This document shows positions 15,076 to 29,024 of a stretch of DNA of 64,000 nucleotides, one piece after another. The DNA is taken from positions 17,112,001-17,176,000 of the forward strand of contig OZ024763.1 of NCBI GenBank assembly GCA_964016885.1, written 5' to 3'. This stretch comes from Eledone cirrhosa (Eukaryota). The translations under genes were made by a program, and so were the position numbers. The notes beneath the pieces are model-generated. The model saw only the letters and a list, made by a program, of their open reading frames with translations. It was not told the origin of the DNA and ran no database searches. Within the stretch, counting starts at the first letter, position 1. Every line of letters starts with the position of its first letter.

Positions 15076-16259
15076 CCCTTTAGCATTCAAACTGACTCAT
15101 ATCCAGCCAGAATTCTCTCACCTCTTTCTGTTCAAACTGGCTGTAACTGACCACTCATATTGATGTTAAGGTATTGTTCTGAAAATAAATTATATCAACA
15201 TCTCTAACCACTAAGCCATGTGCCTCCAAAAATGGAGGCACATGGCTTAGTGGTTAGAGCATTGGCCTTGCAATCGAAAGGTTGTGAGTTCAATTCTCAG
15301 ACCGGGTGATGTGTTGTTTCCTTGAGCAAGACACTTTATTTCACGTTACTTCAGTTTGCTCAGCTGTAGAAATGAGATGATAGGGACTGGGGTCCATATC
15401 ATTCCACTGCAAAGTGGTCGTGGAGGTGCCACGGCAAAAAAGCACCCACCACTCACTGCAAAGTGGTCGTGGAGGCGCCACGGCAAAAAAGCACCCAGCA
15501 CTCACTGTAAATGAGGTTGGTGTAAGGAAGGGCATCCAGCTGTAGAAATCAAGCCAGAATCATTTCCCGTCCCACCCTTGCAAGCAGGGAAAAGTGGACG
15601 TAAAAATGATGATGATGATGATGATGATCTCATAGATTTGATATGATGTGAGGTAAAGCCTTTACTGTGGAAATACAATAGTATTTATAGAGTAATGTAA
15701 ATGTTATGTCAGATATTATGTGAGGTAAAGCCTTTACTGTGGAAATACAATAGTATATATAGAGTAATGTGAGATATGTGAGGTAAAGCCTTTACTGTGA
15801 CAATACAATAGTAAATATAGAGTAATGTAAATATTATGTGAGATATTATGTGAGGTAAAGCCTTTACTGTGGAAATACAATAGTATATATAGAGTAAAGT
15901 AAATGTTATGAGAGATATTATGTGAGGTAAAGCCTTTACTGTGGAAATACAATAGTATATATAGAGTAATGTGAGATATGTGAGGTAAAGCCTTTACTGT
16001 GACAATACAATAGTAAATATAGAGTAATGTAAATGTTATGTGAGATATTATGTGAGGTAAAGCCTTTACTGTGGAAATACAATAGTATATATAGAGTAAT
16101 GTAAATGTTATGTGAGATATTATGTGAGGTAAAGCCTTTACTGTGGAAATACAATAGTAAATATAGAGTAATGTAAATGTTATGTGAGATATTATGTGAG
16201 GTAAAGCCTTTACTGTGGAAATACAATAGTATATATAGAGTAATGTGAATGGTAAAGAG
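15076..16259. mobile_element. piggyBac-type MITE with nested SINE and internally expanded ~60-73-bp tandem repeat (15640-16250)
   Basis: TTAA|CCCTTTAGCATT...GGTAAAGAG|TTAA; body matches 27060-27287 and 46217-46787. Confidence 0.75.
15234..15628 (+). mobile_element. SINE family 1 with internal ~48-bp duplication
   Basis: Matches 9071-9414; CACTGCAAAGTGGTCGTGGAGG..CACCCA occurs twice. Confidence 0.9.
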
Positions 16260-16894
16260 TTAATGGCACTTTATTTTATTGACCCCATAAGGATGGAAGG
16301 TACAGCTAACCTCAGTGGGATTTGTCGAATGCCCTACTGATATTGATGAGATTTGATCCCAGAATGCCCTGAGCTGGAACATAACACATAGATGAGCTTA
16401 CACACAACACACAGTGTCCTACAAAATAACTATGGTGATAATTAACATCGTTGGTTTGGTGTGCAAAATTAAAAATGTTTACAGAAAAATTATAATTTCA
16501 ATAATGCTATTTGCATAAGAAAGAAAAACAAAAAGAGAATTAATTAAAAAAATAAAATTAAAATAAAATAGCAACAACAATAAAAATAATAATAATAATA
16601 ATAATAATAATTGTTATTATTATTAATAATTAATATTGTTCTTGTGTCCACATCTCATGCTTATTTCTAGTTAACTTTTAAATAGTCTTTATATTATTCT
16701 TGTTAACACTAATTTAACTAGTAATTAATTATATTATAGTTTGTCCTCACTGAATAATTATATGCAGTTAGCTTTTTAATGCTCACTGCATTAAACATAA
16801 CTTAATTAATAATTAAACAAATATTATAGTTTTTTTCCTCTTCACTTGCATAATTATCTCTAATTAACTTTTTGCTGCTTCATACATTAAATAT

Positions 16895-17372
16895 GTTAAC
16901 ATTAATTTTAATTGTAGAAAATACTAGGAAGACACTTGGCATTGCCTGGGAAATAAAACATCAAGCCGGTAGCCAAATTATTAACACTAATTTAATTAAT
17001 AATTAAGCATATACATTTTATTTCCCCTTCACTTGTATTATGTATAACATTAATTTTAATTGTAGAAAATACTAGGAAGACATTTGGTATTGCCTGGGGA
17101 ATAAAACATCAAGCTGGTAGCCAAATTATTAACACTAATTTAATTAATAATTAAGCAAATATTGTATTTTATTTCCCCTTCACTTGTATTATTTATAACA
17201 TTAATTTTAATTGTAGAAAATACTAGGAAGACACTTGGCATTGCCTGGGGAATAATAAAACATCAAGCTGGTAGCCAAATTATTAACATTAAACTCTTAC
17301 TGAACAAGAAATACTAGAGGAAGACTTGGTATTGCTTGGGGAATAAAACACCAAGATGGTGGCCAGTTTATT
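16895..17372. repeat. ~140-bp tandem repeat (3-4 units)
   Basis: Recurring TAGAAAATACTAGGAAGACACTTGGCATTGCCTGGG. Confidence 0.85.
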
Positions 17373-17916
17373 GAATGAGAATTAGCATAATACTGCATGT
17401 ATTTATCATTTCAAATTCTTTATTTATAATTTATATTGTTTCTTCCATAGATGTGTTCAAATCCCGTTGAGGTTAGCTTTGCCTTTCATCTTCACAGAGT
17501 CAATAAAGTACCAGTAATACACGTGGTCGATTTAATTGAATTTCCTCTCCCTGAAGTTTTTGGCCTCGTTCCTAATTCAGAAACCATTATTTCTTGGCAT
17601 AGATAATAGGATTTTTTTTTTTTTTTTTTTCACTTCCTTAAATTCTATTAGCTTTTCAATAACCCATTATAAAGGAAACTAACATCCACACACACACACA
17701 TAATATATCTGATGATCGCCAAACAGTGTGAAACAGACTGTTAGCTTCTCTCCCTTCTTTCGCCGAAAAGAAGTAAGTGACATAGTCACTACTTTAAAAC
17801 CGATAGCATATGGTCTTCAAAATGGTTTTAATTAAACATACGGTATATTGCCAAATATACTATACATACATTCATGTCTACATCGCTATTCCAGAGCACC
17901 AATCCTAATATATTTA

Positions 17917-18082
17917 CCGTATTTCCCAGCATCAAAGACACTACTTTTTCACTAAAATAAGTCACTAAAATCTACCATGCGTCCTAGGGGCCGAAGGCTG
18001 TTTATTTTTTTTTCAAATTTTTGGTTGTCAAAATTAGGGTGCGTCCTTAAGAACGGAGCGTCTTCAGCGTCGGGAAATACGG
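17917..18082. mobile_element. Tc2/pogo-type MITE
   Basis: TA|CCGTATTTCCCAGC...CGTCGGGAAATACGG|TA terminal inverted repeats. Confidence 0.8.
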
Positions 18083-18614
18083 TATAGTAATCAGTCGACA
18101 GACTTTCGTCAAATCGGACCGAGGAAACAATGTTTCCATTGGTCTTTTCAATTGCTAATGTTCTACCTGTTCGTATGTTCTACCTGGATTCTACCTGGAT
18201 AAAGTATGTGCAAGAAAAATATGGATCAATACACTATAATATCAATCATATTGACTGGTAATCACTTGAATGTAAAACCGATACTCCCAATACACCAAGA
18301 TTGTTGCCAACCATTGTTGACGGCTTCTGTGTTCATTATTCAGGACTGGCCCTTTACATACTGAGTTCAAATCCCACCGAAGTTAACTTCGCCTTTCATC
18401 CTTACAGGGTCGATAAAATAAAGTACCAGTAATACACTGGGTCATTGCTGGCCTTGTGCCAAGAGTAGAAACGGTTATTCAAGACACTGTTTGTGAACCG
18501 AGATGTTTTATGTATGGGAAATTCATTTGTGAACCAATTGGTTTGTGATATGAGGTGTTTGTGAAGTGAAGTTCCACTGTATGTATGTGTGTGTGTGTAT
18601 ATATATATATACAA

Positions 18615-18645
<31 letters not shown>

Positions 18646-18747
18646 GGATACATTTATATATATATACACATACATATATATACATACATATATATGTATA
18701 TATACTTATATATATATGTATATATACTTATATATATGTATATATCC

Positions 18748-18778
<31 letters not shown>

Positions 18779-19011
18779 TATATATAAACATATATATATA
18801 TATATGTGTATATATATATGTGTGTGTATATATGTGTGTGTATATATATGTGTGTGTATATATATGTGTGTATATATATATGTGTGTATATATATGTGTG
18901 TGTATTTATATATATGTGTGTATATATATATATGTGTGTGTATATATATATATATATATACGTGTGTATATATATATATGTATATATATATGTGTATATA
19001 TATATTTACAA

Positions 19012-19097
<86 letters not shown>

Positions 19098-19098
<1 letters not shown>

Positions 19099-19600
19099 AT
19101 TAATAAAAACAATGAATAAAAACAAAGAAACAGTTCCTTATATTAAAAAATTCATCATTTTACGATCGTTTCTAGGATATATATGTGTGTTGGTATGTAT
19201 ATCATATAGATCTATGTAAAAATTTTACAAACTATCAGAGGGAATATACATACCTACACATATATATACTCTCTTCAGAAATAAATCTAAAGACAGTATA
19301 TATATGTGTAGGTATGTATATTCCCTCTGATAGTTTGTAAAATGTTTACATAGATCTATATGATATACATACCAACACACATATATATCCAAGAAACGAT
19401 CGTAAAATGATGAATTTTTTAATATAAGGAACTTGTTCATTGTTTTTATTCATTGTTTTTATTAATTTATCTTGACCCTGTTTTACTGGGATTTTCATCG
19501 AAATAATTTTTGAATACATCTCTTTTCATGATATTTGGATTACATTGAGTTCTTCATACGGATTGGACACTACCGTATATTTTGGTAGATTTATCTACTA
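19098..19600. mobile_element. Penelope-like fold-back element family G
   Basis: ~175-bp arms 19098-19272 / 19293-19468 in inverted orientation, then an unpaired tail with TTGAGTTC; TA tracts on both sides. Confidence 0.75.
19157..19282 (-). ncRNA. Type I hammerhead motif with very long (~95-nt) stem II
   Basis: ATTT-CTGAAGA-long hairpin-GAAA-CGATCG-TA-AAAT; palindromic minimal stem III, GUA triplet. Confidence 0.65.
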
Positions 19601-20726
19601 TATATACACATATATATATGCATATATATATATCTAAATATATATATGTATCATCATCATCATCACCACCGTTTTACGTCCGTTCTTCCACACTAGCATG
19701 GGTTTATATATGCATATATGGCTATATATATATATATGTACACACACATATACACACCTAGTTTTACCATATTGTCGTGACATATTTTTCTCTCTCTTAC
19801 TATCAACTTATACCAATTAGCCATTAGCAGTTTTTCAGATTTGGTAAAACTTTTTAAGCCCCCCCCCCCCCCCCTATCTCCACCCTCTCCCTTCTCCACC
19901 CTCTCCCTTCTCCTTATCTCCCTCCTCTCCCTATCTCCCCCTATCCCTATCTCCCCCTCTCCCTATCTCCCCCCTCTCCCTATATCCCCCCTCTCCCTTC
20001 TCTCCACCCCCTCTCTTCTCTCTACTCCCTCTCTCCCTCCCCTCTCTTCTCTCTACCCCATCTCTCCATCCCCTATCTTCTCTCTACCCCCTCTCTCCTT
20101 TCTCTCCTTCTCTCCCTCCTCTCCCTCTCTCCGCTTCTCTCTCTCCCTCTCTCTCTCCACCGCTCTCACTATCTCTCTCCACCTCTCTCACTATCTCTCC
20201 CCTTCTCTCTCACTATCTCTCCCCTTCTCTCTCTCTCTCTCTCTCTCTCCTTCTCTCTCTCTCCTTCTCTCTCTCCTCTCTCTCTCCTTCTCTCTCTCTC
20301 TCTCCTTCTCTCTCTCTCTCCTTCTCTCTCTCTCTCTCCTTCTCTCTGCCCCCCTCTCTCTTTCTCCCTCTCCCCCCTCCTCTCTTCATTTTACTTTAAT
20401 TTACATTCAAATCTTTTTTTCACATTTTTAACTTAGGTTTTCTATGTGTGTGTATATATATATATATATATATTTGTATGTGTGTATATATATTTGTATG
20501 TGTGTATATATATTTGTATGTGGATATATATATTTGTATGTGGATATGTGTGTGTGTATATATATATATGTGTGTGTATATATATATATGTGTGTATATA
20601 TATTTGTATGTGGATATATATGTGTGTGTTTATATATATATGTGTGTGTGTGTATATATATATGTGTGTGTGTGTTTATATATATATATTTAGCTATATA
20701 TATATGTGTGTATACATGTGTGTGTG

Positions 20727-20757
<31 letters not shown>

Positions 20758-20993
20758 TAGAGTCCCTGTTATTTGTTTTTCCTTAAATTTAATTCTCTAA
20801 TCTATCTTTTAATAAGTTTGTTTCTGTCTCCTGACTTCGTGATAAGAGATATTTTAGGGGGTTTTCTTAACCCCCCTTTTTTTTTGCTCTTAACCTTAAC
20901 TCCTTGTTATTCACCCTTTCTTTCTTTTTTACTTTGTCTGTGCTTTTTTCTTTCTTTTTGTTTGCATGTTTGTTTGCTGGTTTTTTGTGTGTG

Positions 20994-21048
<55 letters not shown>

Positions 21049-21589
21049 CTGTGTGTGTGTATATATGTTATTATATATACTGTATATATTTACATACATA
21101 CACGTAAATACATATATACACACACACACACACATATATATATATACATATACACATACATATATATGTATATATACACACACACATAGCGATATATATA
21201 TACATACATATGTATATATATATATAATTTACAAATAATTTATATATATTTTTATATAATTTTTTTTCATTATTTTTTTTTTCATTCTTTTTCGATTAGC
21301 ATTTTTTTATATCCCCACCCCCCTCCCCGCCACCTTCTCCACCACCTGCTCCACCAGACATTCCTCCCCCTTCAGCATCCTCTCTCCTCATCCCCTCCCC
21401 CCCATCTTCACCCTCACACATTACCTAATTTGTCACTGGCATTATCTCTCAATTCTTCAAAATTCACTCAATTCACACCTTTTTTTCCAATTATTTCACA
21501 CTTTTTTGTGAGGGTTCCTACAACAACAACAACAACAATAGTAATGATAATAATAAACAAAAAAATGTTGTAATAATAATAATAATAAT

Positions 21590-22980
21590 AATGTTTCTAC
21601 TTTTGGCACAAGGCCAGCAATTATCCCAGTGCATTACTGGTACTTTATTTTATCGCCCCCGTAAGGATAGAAGGCAAAGTTAACCTCGGTGGAATTTGAA
21701 CTCAGAACGTAAAGGGACATAGCTCTATGCTGCAAAGCACAGTGTTCGACGCTCTACCGATACTGCCAATCTACCTTCCTTGTAATAATCTAAACTATAA
21801 TAAAGTAAGGAGTGCGGAACTGCGTCCAGAATATATTTTTTTTAACCCCTTTTGTAAAATAAGTTGGATTACTTTGAATAAATAATTGTTTCTACTTTAG
21901 GCACAAGGCCAGCAAATACCCAGTACATTACTGGTACATTATTTTATCGACCCCGTAAGGATGAAAGGCAAAGTTAACCTCGGCGGGATTTGAACTCAGA
22001 ATAGCAAGGGCCGTAACTCTATGCGTCAAAGCATGGCGACCGACCCTCTACCGATACTGCCAATCTACCACCTTACTTTGAATAAATAATGAATGAATAT
22101 TACATAATTTATCTACTAAATTTCGTGGCTGTTGATTAAATATATTTTATAGCTTATTTAATGATTCAATTCTTTAAAATTGTCAAATGTCAACACTTCC
22201 GGTTAGCGGCCATTATATTGCGGTGGATTGGCAGTATCAGTAGAGAGTCGGACGCCATGCTTTCCAGCATAGTTACGTCCCTTTACGGTCTGAGTTCAAA
22301 TCCCGCCGAGGTTGACTTTGCCTTTCATCCTTACGGGGTCGATAAAATAAAGTACCAGTAATGCACTGGGTAATTGCTGGCCTTGTGCCAAAAGTAGAAA
22401 TAATTATATTATAACACTTATAATCGCATATATTTCCGTCGTTAATTTTCTCCTAATGCAGTTTATATATAATATCGTCTTTTTTCAATGTATCATGGCT
22501 TACTTTACTGATTACATAAGACAGTGTAACACAGTCTTCATTTAATTTCTGTGTATATTGACAATTACGATTTTATTTACATGTATATATATTTGTGTAT
22601 AATATCAATATACACACTACACATGCTAGCAGAAGACCACCCAAAGGGTGGTTTTTCTGCTAGTAATGATAATAATAATTGTTTCTACTTTTGGCACAAG
22701 GCCAGCAATAACCCAGTGCATTACTGGTACTTTCTTTTATCGACTCTGTAAGGATGAAAGGCAAAGTTAGCCTCGGTGGGATTTGAACTCAGAACGTAAA
22801 GGGCCATAACTCTATGCTGCAAAGCATGGTGTCTGACGCTCTACTGATACTGACAATAATGGTTTCTGATATAGGCACAAGGCTAAAGAATTTTGGGGGG
22901 AGGGGGGGGGGAATTGATTAATTTGACTCCAGTGCACAACTGGTACTTTATTTTATCGACCCCTCTAAGGATGAAAGGCA
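21590..22980. mobile_element. Cluster of SINE family 2 copies (21590-21780 -, 21887-22074 -, 22219-22405 +, 22678-22855 -)
   Basis: GAGTTCAAATCC B box and GCCTTTCATCCTTACGGGGTCGATAAAATAAAGTACCAG (Deu/Nin-like core); 16-bp TSD ACTTTGAATAAATAAT around 21887-22074. Confidence 0.88.
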
Positions 22981-23394
22981 AAACTCACCATGCTGGGGCA
23001 CTACATTCTTATATTGTTTCACTGGTTTCAGTTATGAGACTGTGGCCATGCTGGGGCACATTATTTTATTCTTTTATTGGTTTCAGTCATTTGTCTGCGG
23101 CCATGCTGGGGCACTACATCCTTATATTGTTTCACTGGTTTCAGTCATGAGACTGTGGCCATGCTGGAGCTCCACATCCTTTATTCCTCTTCTAGTTTTG
23201 GTCATGTTTGTTTTGTTGTAGAACCAAACTCTTCTTAAGCAGTCTTTGTATGGACATACCCTCAATCTATATAACAGTTGATCAACAAGATCCTAAACAT
23301 CATTTGCTTAATGAGTGCAGTGGAGCTCCTCAAATCGGACCGAGGAAACAATGTTTCTATTGGTCTTTCCAATTTGCTAACAAATCCAGGGAGA

Positions 23395-24135
23395 AGATGT
23401 GTAGAGATGAGTGTATGTGTGTGGTGTATGTGTAGAGATGAGTGTATGTGTGTGTAGATATGTGTAGAGATGAGTGTATGTGTGTGGTGTATGTGTAGAG
23501 ATGAGTGTATGTGTGTGGTGTATGTGTAGAGATGAGTGTATGTGTGTGGTGTATGTGTAGAGATGAGTGTATGTGTGTGGTGTATGTGTAGAGATGAGTG
23601 TATGTGTGTGGTGTATGTGTAGAGATGAGTATATGTGTGTGGTGTATGTGTAGAGATGAGTGTATGTGTGTGGTGTATGTGTAGAGATGAGTGTATGTGT
23701 GTGGTGTATGTTTAGATATGAGTGTTTGTGTAGAGATGAGTGTATGTATGTGTAGAGATGAGTGTGTGTGTGTAGATATGAGTGTGTGTGTGTGTAGATA
23801 TGAGTGTATGTGTGTGTAGATATGAGTGTATGTGTAGAGATGAGTGTGTGTGTGTGTGTAGATATGAGTGTGTGTGTGTAGATAGGAGTGTATGTGTGTG
23901 TAGATATGAGTGTGCGTGTAGATATGAGTGTGTGTGTTTGTGTAGATATGAGTGTGTGTATGTGTAGATATGAGTGTGTGTATGTGTAGATATGAGTGTA
24001 TGTGTGTGTATGAGTATATGTATATGTGCACGTGTGTGTATATATGTATATGTGCACGTGTGTGTATATATATATATGTGCACGTGTGTGTATAAGTATA
24101 TGTATATGTGCACATGTGTGTGTGTGTGTGTGAAT
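23395..24135. repeat. ~30-bp minisatellite GTGTAGAGATGAGTGTATGTGTGTGGTGTAT and derivatives
   Basis: Direct reading. Confidence 0.9.
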
Positions 24136-24624
24136 GTTTACTGTGAATTTCAAGCCCAGGGCAAGGTTAGATCAATAAGTCACATGCAGCTTTTCACATC
24201 CATTTTTTGTAGCAAAGAAATCCTGCTACTTATGTATGTATATATAAGTTGTGTATATAAGTTGTATATATAAGGTGTGTAATTGCCATAAGCTAATATT
24301 CTACAGATAATTTGCACTGTGAGACATTTTCTTCATCAGCTATCAACTGGTGATCTCTACAATTTCAGCTTCTCCCAGACAGTATCACTACCTCCAGCTG
24401 AACCCAAGCAGTGTTGATACTATTAGGGATAGTCAAGGTTTTATGGTTCACTTTGTAACACAATTTTACCTTGTTATCCATGCCACTATCAACAGAATTG
24501 TGATGCTTTTGTAATCTATCTATTTTTTTTTTTTTTCTATCAATTGACTTTCGTCAAATCGGACCGAGGAAACAATGTTTCCGTTGGTCTTTCCAGTTGC
24601 TAATACTATCTATTGGTCGCAACT

Positions 24625-24755
24625 CCAGGTAGAAGGAGCAACGTGAAATAAAGTGTTTTGCTCAAGGACATAACGCATCGCCCGGTCCAGGAATCGATCT
24701 CACAACCTCACAATTGTGAATCCAGTTCTCTAACCACTCAACCACATGCCTTCAC
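24625..24755 (-). mobile_element. 5' part of a SINE family 1-related element
   Basis: Reverse complement has an A box, a degenerate B box and CCTTGAGCAAAACACTTTATTTCAC. Confidence 0.75.
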
Positions 24756-26108
24756 TCTCAGCCACATGCCTTCTCTCTCAGCCACACGCCTTCACTCTCA
24801 GCCACACGCCTTCACTCTCAGCCACACGCCTTCACTCTCAGCCACACGCCTTCACTCTCAGCCACACGCCTTCACTCTCAGCCACATGCCTTCTCTCTCA
24901 GCCACATGCCTTCACTCTCAGCCACATGCCTTCACTCTCAGCCACACGCCTTCACTCTCAGCCACACGCCTTCACTCTCAGCCACACGCCTTCACTCTCA
25001 GCCACACGCCTTCACTCTCAGCCACATGCCTTCTCTCTCAGCCACATGCCTTCACTCTCAGCCACATGCCTTCACTCTCAGCCACACGCCTTCACTCTCA
25101 GCCACACGCCTTCACTCTCAGCCACACGCCTTCACTCTCAGCCACACGCCTTCACTCTCAGCCACACGCCTTCACTCTCAGCCACATGCCTTCTCTCTCA
25201 GCCACATGCCTTCACTCTCAGCCACATGCCTTCACTCTCAGCCACACGCCTTCACTCTCAGCCACACGCCTTCACTCTCAGCCACACGCCTTCACTCTCA
25301 GCCACACGCCTTCACTCTCAGCCACACGCCTTCACTCTCAGCCACATGTCTTCACTCTCAGCCACACGCCTTCACTCTCAGCCACACGCCATCACTCTCA
25401 GCCACATGCCTTCACTCTCAGCCACACGCCTTCACTCTTAGCCACACACCTCACTCTCAGCCACACGCCTTCACCCTCAGCCACACGCCTTCACCCTCAG
25501 CCACACGCCTTCACTCTCAGCCACATGCCTTCACCCTCAGCCACACGCCTTCACTCTCAGCCACACGCCTTCACTCTCAGCCACACGCCTTCACTCTCAG
25601 CCACACGCCTTCACTCTCAGCCACACGCCTTCACTCTCAGCCACACGCCTTCACTCTCAGCCACACGCCTTCACTCTCAGCCACACGCCTTCACCCTCAG
25701 CCACACGCCTTCACTCTCAGCCACACGCCTTCACTCTCAGCCACATGCCTTCACTCTCAGCCACACGCCTTCACCCTCAGCCACACGCCTTCACCCTCAG
25801 CCACACGCCTTCACCCTCAGCCACACGCCTTCACTCTCAGCCACACGCCTTCACTCTCAGCCACACGCCATCACTCTCAGCCACACGCCTTCACTCTCAG
25901 TAACACGCCTTCACCCTCAGCCACACGCCTTCACCCTCAGCCACACGCCTTCACTCTCAGCCACACGCCATCACTCTCAGCCACACGCCTTCACTCTCAG
26001 CCACACGCCTTCACTCTCAGCCACACGCCTTCACTCTCAGCCACACGCCTTCACCCTCAGCCACACGCCTTCACCCTCAGCCACACGCCTTCACTCTCAG
26101 CCACACCC
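24736..26108. repeat. 20-bp minisatellite (GCCACACGCCTTCACTCTCA)n, ~68 units, amplified from a SINE 5' end
   Basis: First unit overlaps the SINE head (ACTCAACCACATGCCTTC). Confidence 0.93.
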
Positions 26109-26369
26109 TTCACACGCCTTCTATCTATATACTACTAAAACTCTGTGATTGTGTGCTTGTCTGTGATGTAATACAGCCTAAATGGTGCATAATGGGAAAA
26201 TACTTTGAAAGGAAGTTGCCCCTGAAATGGGAATACAAATGGAATAAAACAAGTTTCGCGTAAATCTGTGGAGGGGTTCCCGAGATACGAGGGTTTTTTT
26301 CTGGGTACCTTCATAAATGGAGAGAGTGAGAGAGGAAGAGGTAGTGGTTGTGAGAAAGTAGATTGAAAG

Positions 26370-26409
<40 letters not shown>

Positions 26410-26464
26410 GTGTATATATATATATGTATGTATATATATATGTATGTATGTATGTATGTATATA

Positions 26465-26502
<38 letters not shown>

Positions 26503-26929
26503 GAAAGAGAGAGAGAGAGAGAGGGGGGAGATAGAGAAGTTAAATGGAAGAGAGAGAGCTGGTGGTGTTGTTGAAGGAAATTATAACGTGATTTTAAAGA
26601 ATCGAACACAGCATTATACTCACACACATACACACATACACACATACACACACACACATGTATATATATGGGTCTGCCAATTTCATTTTACATTATATAC
26701 ATGTCTGTGTATATTTTAATTATTTAAAAATTATTTTTAAGTAAACATGATTTTAAAAAAAATATTTTTAAGTGAATGTGACTCAACAGGTCACGGGTGG
26801 TCTGGTTATTTCTATCATTCTGGAATCATGATATTTATTCCTTGGTTAGGGTTTCCTCTCTATTCTAGGCACTGGTTTTTCATTCAAATCTTTTGCCATA
26901 TCTATAAATTCTTTCTTTATTCTGTAATA

Positions 26930-28775
26930 AGGCCAGCCATTTGAATGTTTAGGGGAAAGTTGATTAAATCAACCCCAATATGTTACAGGTACTTTATTCT
27001 TGTCGACCCCGTAAGGATAAAAGCCTAAGCTAACCTCGGTGGAATTTGAACTCAGAACCTAACATTTTGGCATTTAAACCGGCTGTATCCAGCCAGAATT
27101 TTCTCACCTCTTTCTGTTCAAACTTGCTGTAACAGGCCGCTCATACTGGCATTAAGGTATTGTTCTCAAAATAAATAACATCAAAATCTCATAGATTCGA
27201 TATTATGTGAGATAATTATGTAAGATAAAGCTTTTACCACAAAAATACAATAGTATATATAGAGTAATGTAAATAGTAAAGGGTTAAACGGATGTAACAA
27301 ATGCCACAAACCATTTTACCTGATGCTCTGATAATTCTGCTAATCCACTGCAATTATAATAGTTTCTAGGGCGGTGGATTGGCAGTATCGGTAGAGGGTC
27401 TGACGCTATGCTTTGCAGCAAAGAGTTACGCCCCTTTATGGTTTGAGTTCAAATCCCGCCGAGGTTAACTTTGCCTTTCATCCTTACGGGGTCGATAAAA
27501 TAAAGTACCAGTAATGCACTGGATAATTGCTGGCCTTGTGCCAAAAGTAGAAACAATTATAATAGTTTCTAATTTAGGCACAAGGACAGCAATTGTAGGA
27601 GAAGGGGAAGTTGATTAAATCAACCCCAGTGCATTACTGATACTTTATTTTATTGACTTCGTAGGGATGAAAGGCAAAGTTGACCTTGATGGGATTTGAA
27701 CTCAGACTGCATAATAATAATTTTAGTTAATAATAATAATGTTTTAACGACAACACAACAGCTTTCTCCGGCTTAGCCTGTTCCCCCCCTTTTGGAACTT
27801 TCCCCCGTTGATGGGTGTGAGCCCGAAATATTGGGATTAAATCTCCACTACGGTAACCCTTCTACCTTTGTCTTGTTTTCGTTTCTCTCATTTTTCACTT
27901 TTCTCCCATTTCTCACTCACTTCCTACCTCGAGATTTCCCATCTGCATTGTTGTGGCTTTCTAAACTACATATTTTAATAATAATAATGGTTTCTTATAT
28001 AAGGACAAGGCCAGCAATTGTAGAGAGTCAATTAAATTGACCCCAGTACATTACTGGTACTTTATGTTATCGACCCCGTAAGGATGAAAGGCAAAGTTAA
28101 CCTCGGCGAGATTTGAACTCAGAACGCATAATAATAATTATTTCTACTTTTGGCACAAGGCCAGCAATTACCCCAATGCATTACTGGTACTTTATTTTAT
28201 CGACCCCGTAAGGATGAAAGGCAAAGCTAACCTCAGCAGGATTTCAACTCAGATCATAAAGGGCCGTAACTCTATGCGGCAGAGCATGGCGTCCGACCCT
28301 CTTCCAATACTGCCAATCCACTGCCATTAATTAATAATAATAATGTTTACTGATTTAGGCAGAAGGCCAGACATTTTTTTGGGGGGGAGGGGAAGTCGAT
28401 TATATCTACCTCAGTGTGTCACTGGTACTTTAGTTTATTGACCTTGAAGAAAGGATGAAAGGCTAAGTCAACCTCGGTGGGATTTGAACTCAGAACATAG
28501 ATGTAACTATATGCCTCAAAGCATTTTACCTGATGCTCTGACAATTCTGCTAATCCACTGCAATAAAGGCACAAGGCCAGCAATTGTGGGAGAAAGGGGA
28601 AAGACGATTATATCGAGCCAAGTACATTACTGGTACTTTATTTTATCGACCCCGTAAGGATGAAAGGCAAAGTTAAACTCGTGGCGGGTTTGAACTCAGA
28701 ATATAAAGGGACGTAACTATATACCCCAAAGGATGCTGTCCGATGCCCTACCAATGCTGCCAATCCACAATCCAC
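26930..28775. mobile_element. Dense cluster of SINE family 2 copies/fragments plus a piggyBac-type MITE (27060-27287)
   Basis: Repeated Deu/Nin-like core on both strands; full copies at 27368-27560 (+) and 28137-28325 (-). Confidence 0.85.
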
Positions 28776-29024
28776 CGCCCTTCCCCATATCCATAACAAA
28801 GCCTTTTTTTTTTCTTCCCTCGCCCAGTTCTTGAGCTAAATAGTATTTCTGTAATATAACACCCAACTGTTAGAAGAATTAGCTAGGGAGTACCCCCTAT
28901 AAAAGATAAGAGAAGCAATACAAGACAATAACAAACATATTTTAGTTTTGACCTTTTAGATGAAAGACCTGGGAGGTGGGAGCTGGGAGCGACAGCGTAT
29001 TCCATTACTAGTAAACATTTCACA

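Noticed and set aside
17709-17745. CTGATGA..GAAACAGACTGTT hammerhead-like motif
   Set aside because: No convincing stem I; probably a decayed copy
24658-26148. 496-aa repetitive ORF
   Set aside because: A stop-free 20-bp minisatellite open in several frames
27821-27858. GGG..GCCCGAAATATTGGGA hammerhead-like motif; similar remnants at ~26255-26315, ~50030-50070 and ~50790-50810
   Set aside because: Catalytic core mutated or incomplete; not counted as ribozymes
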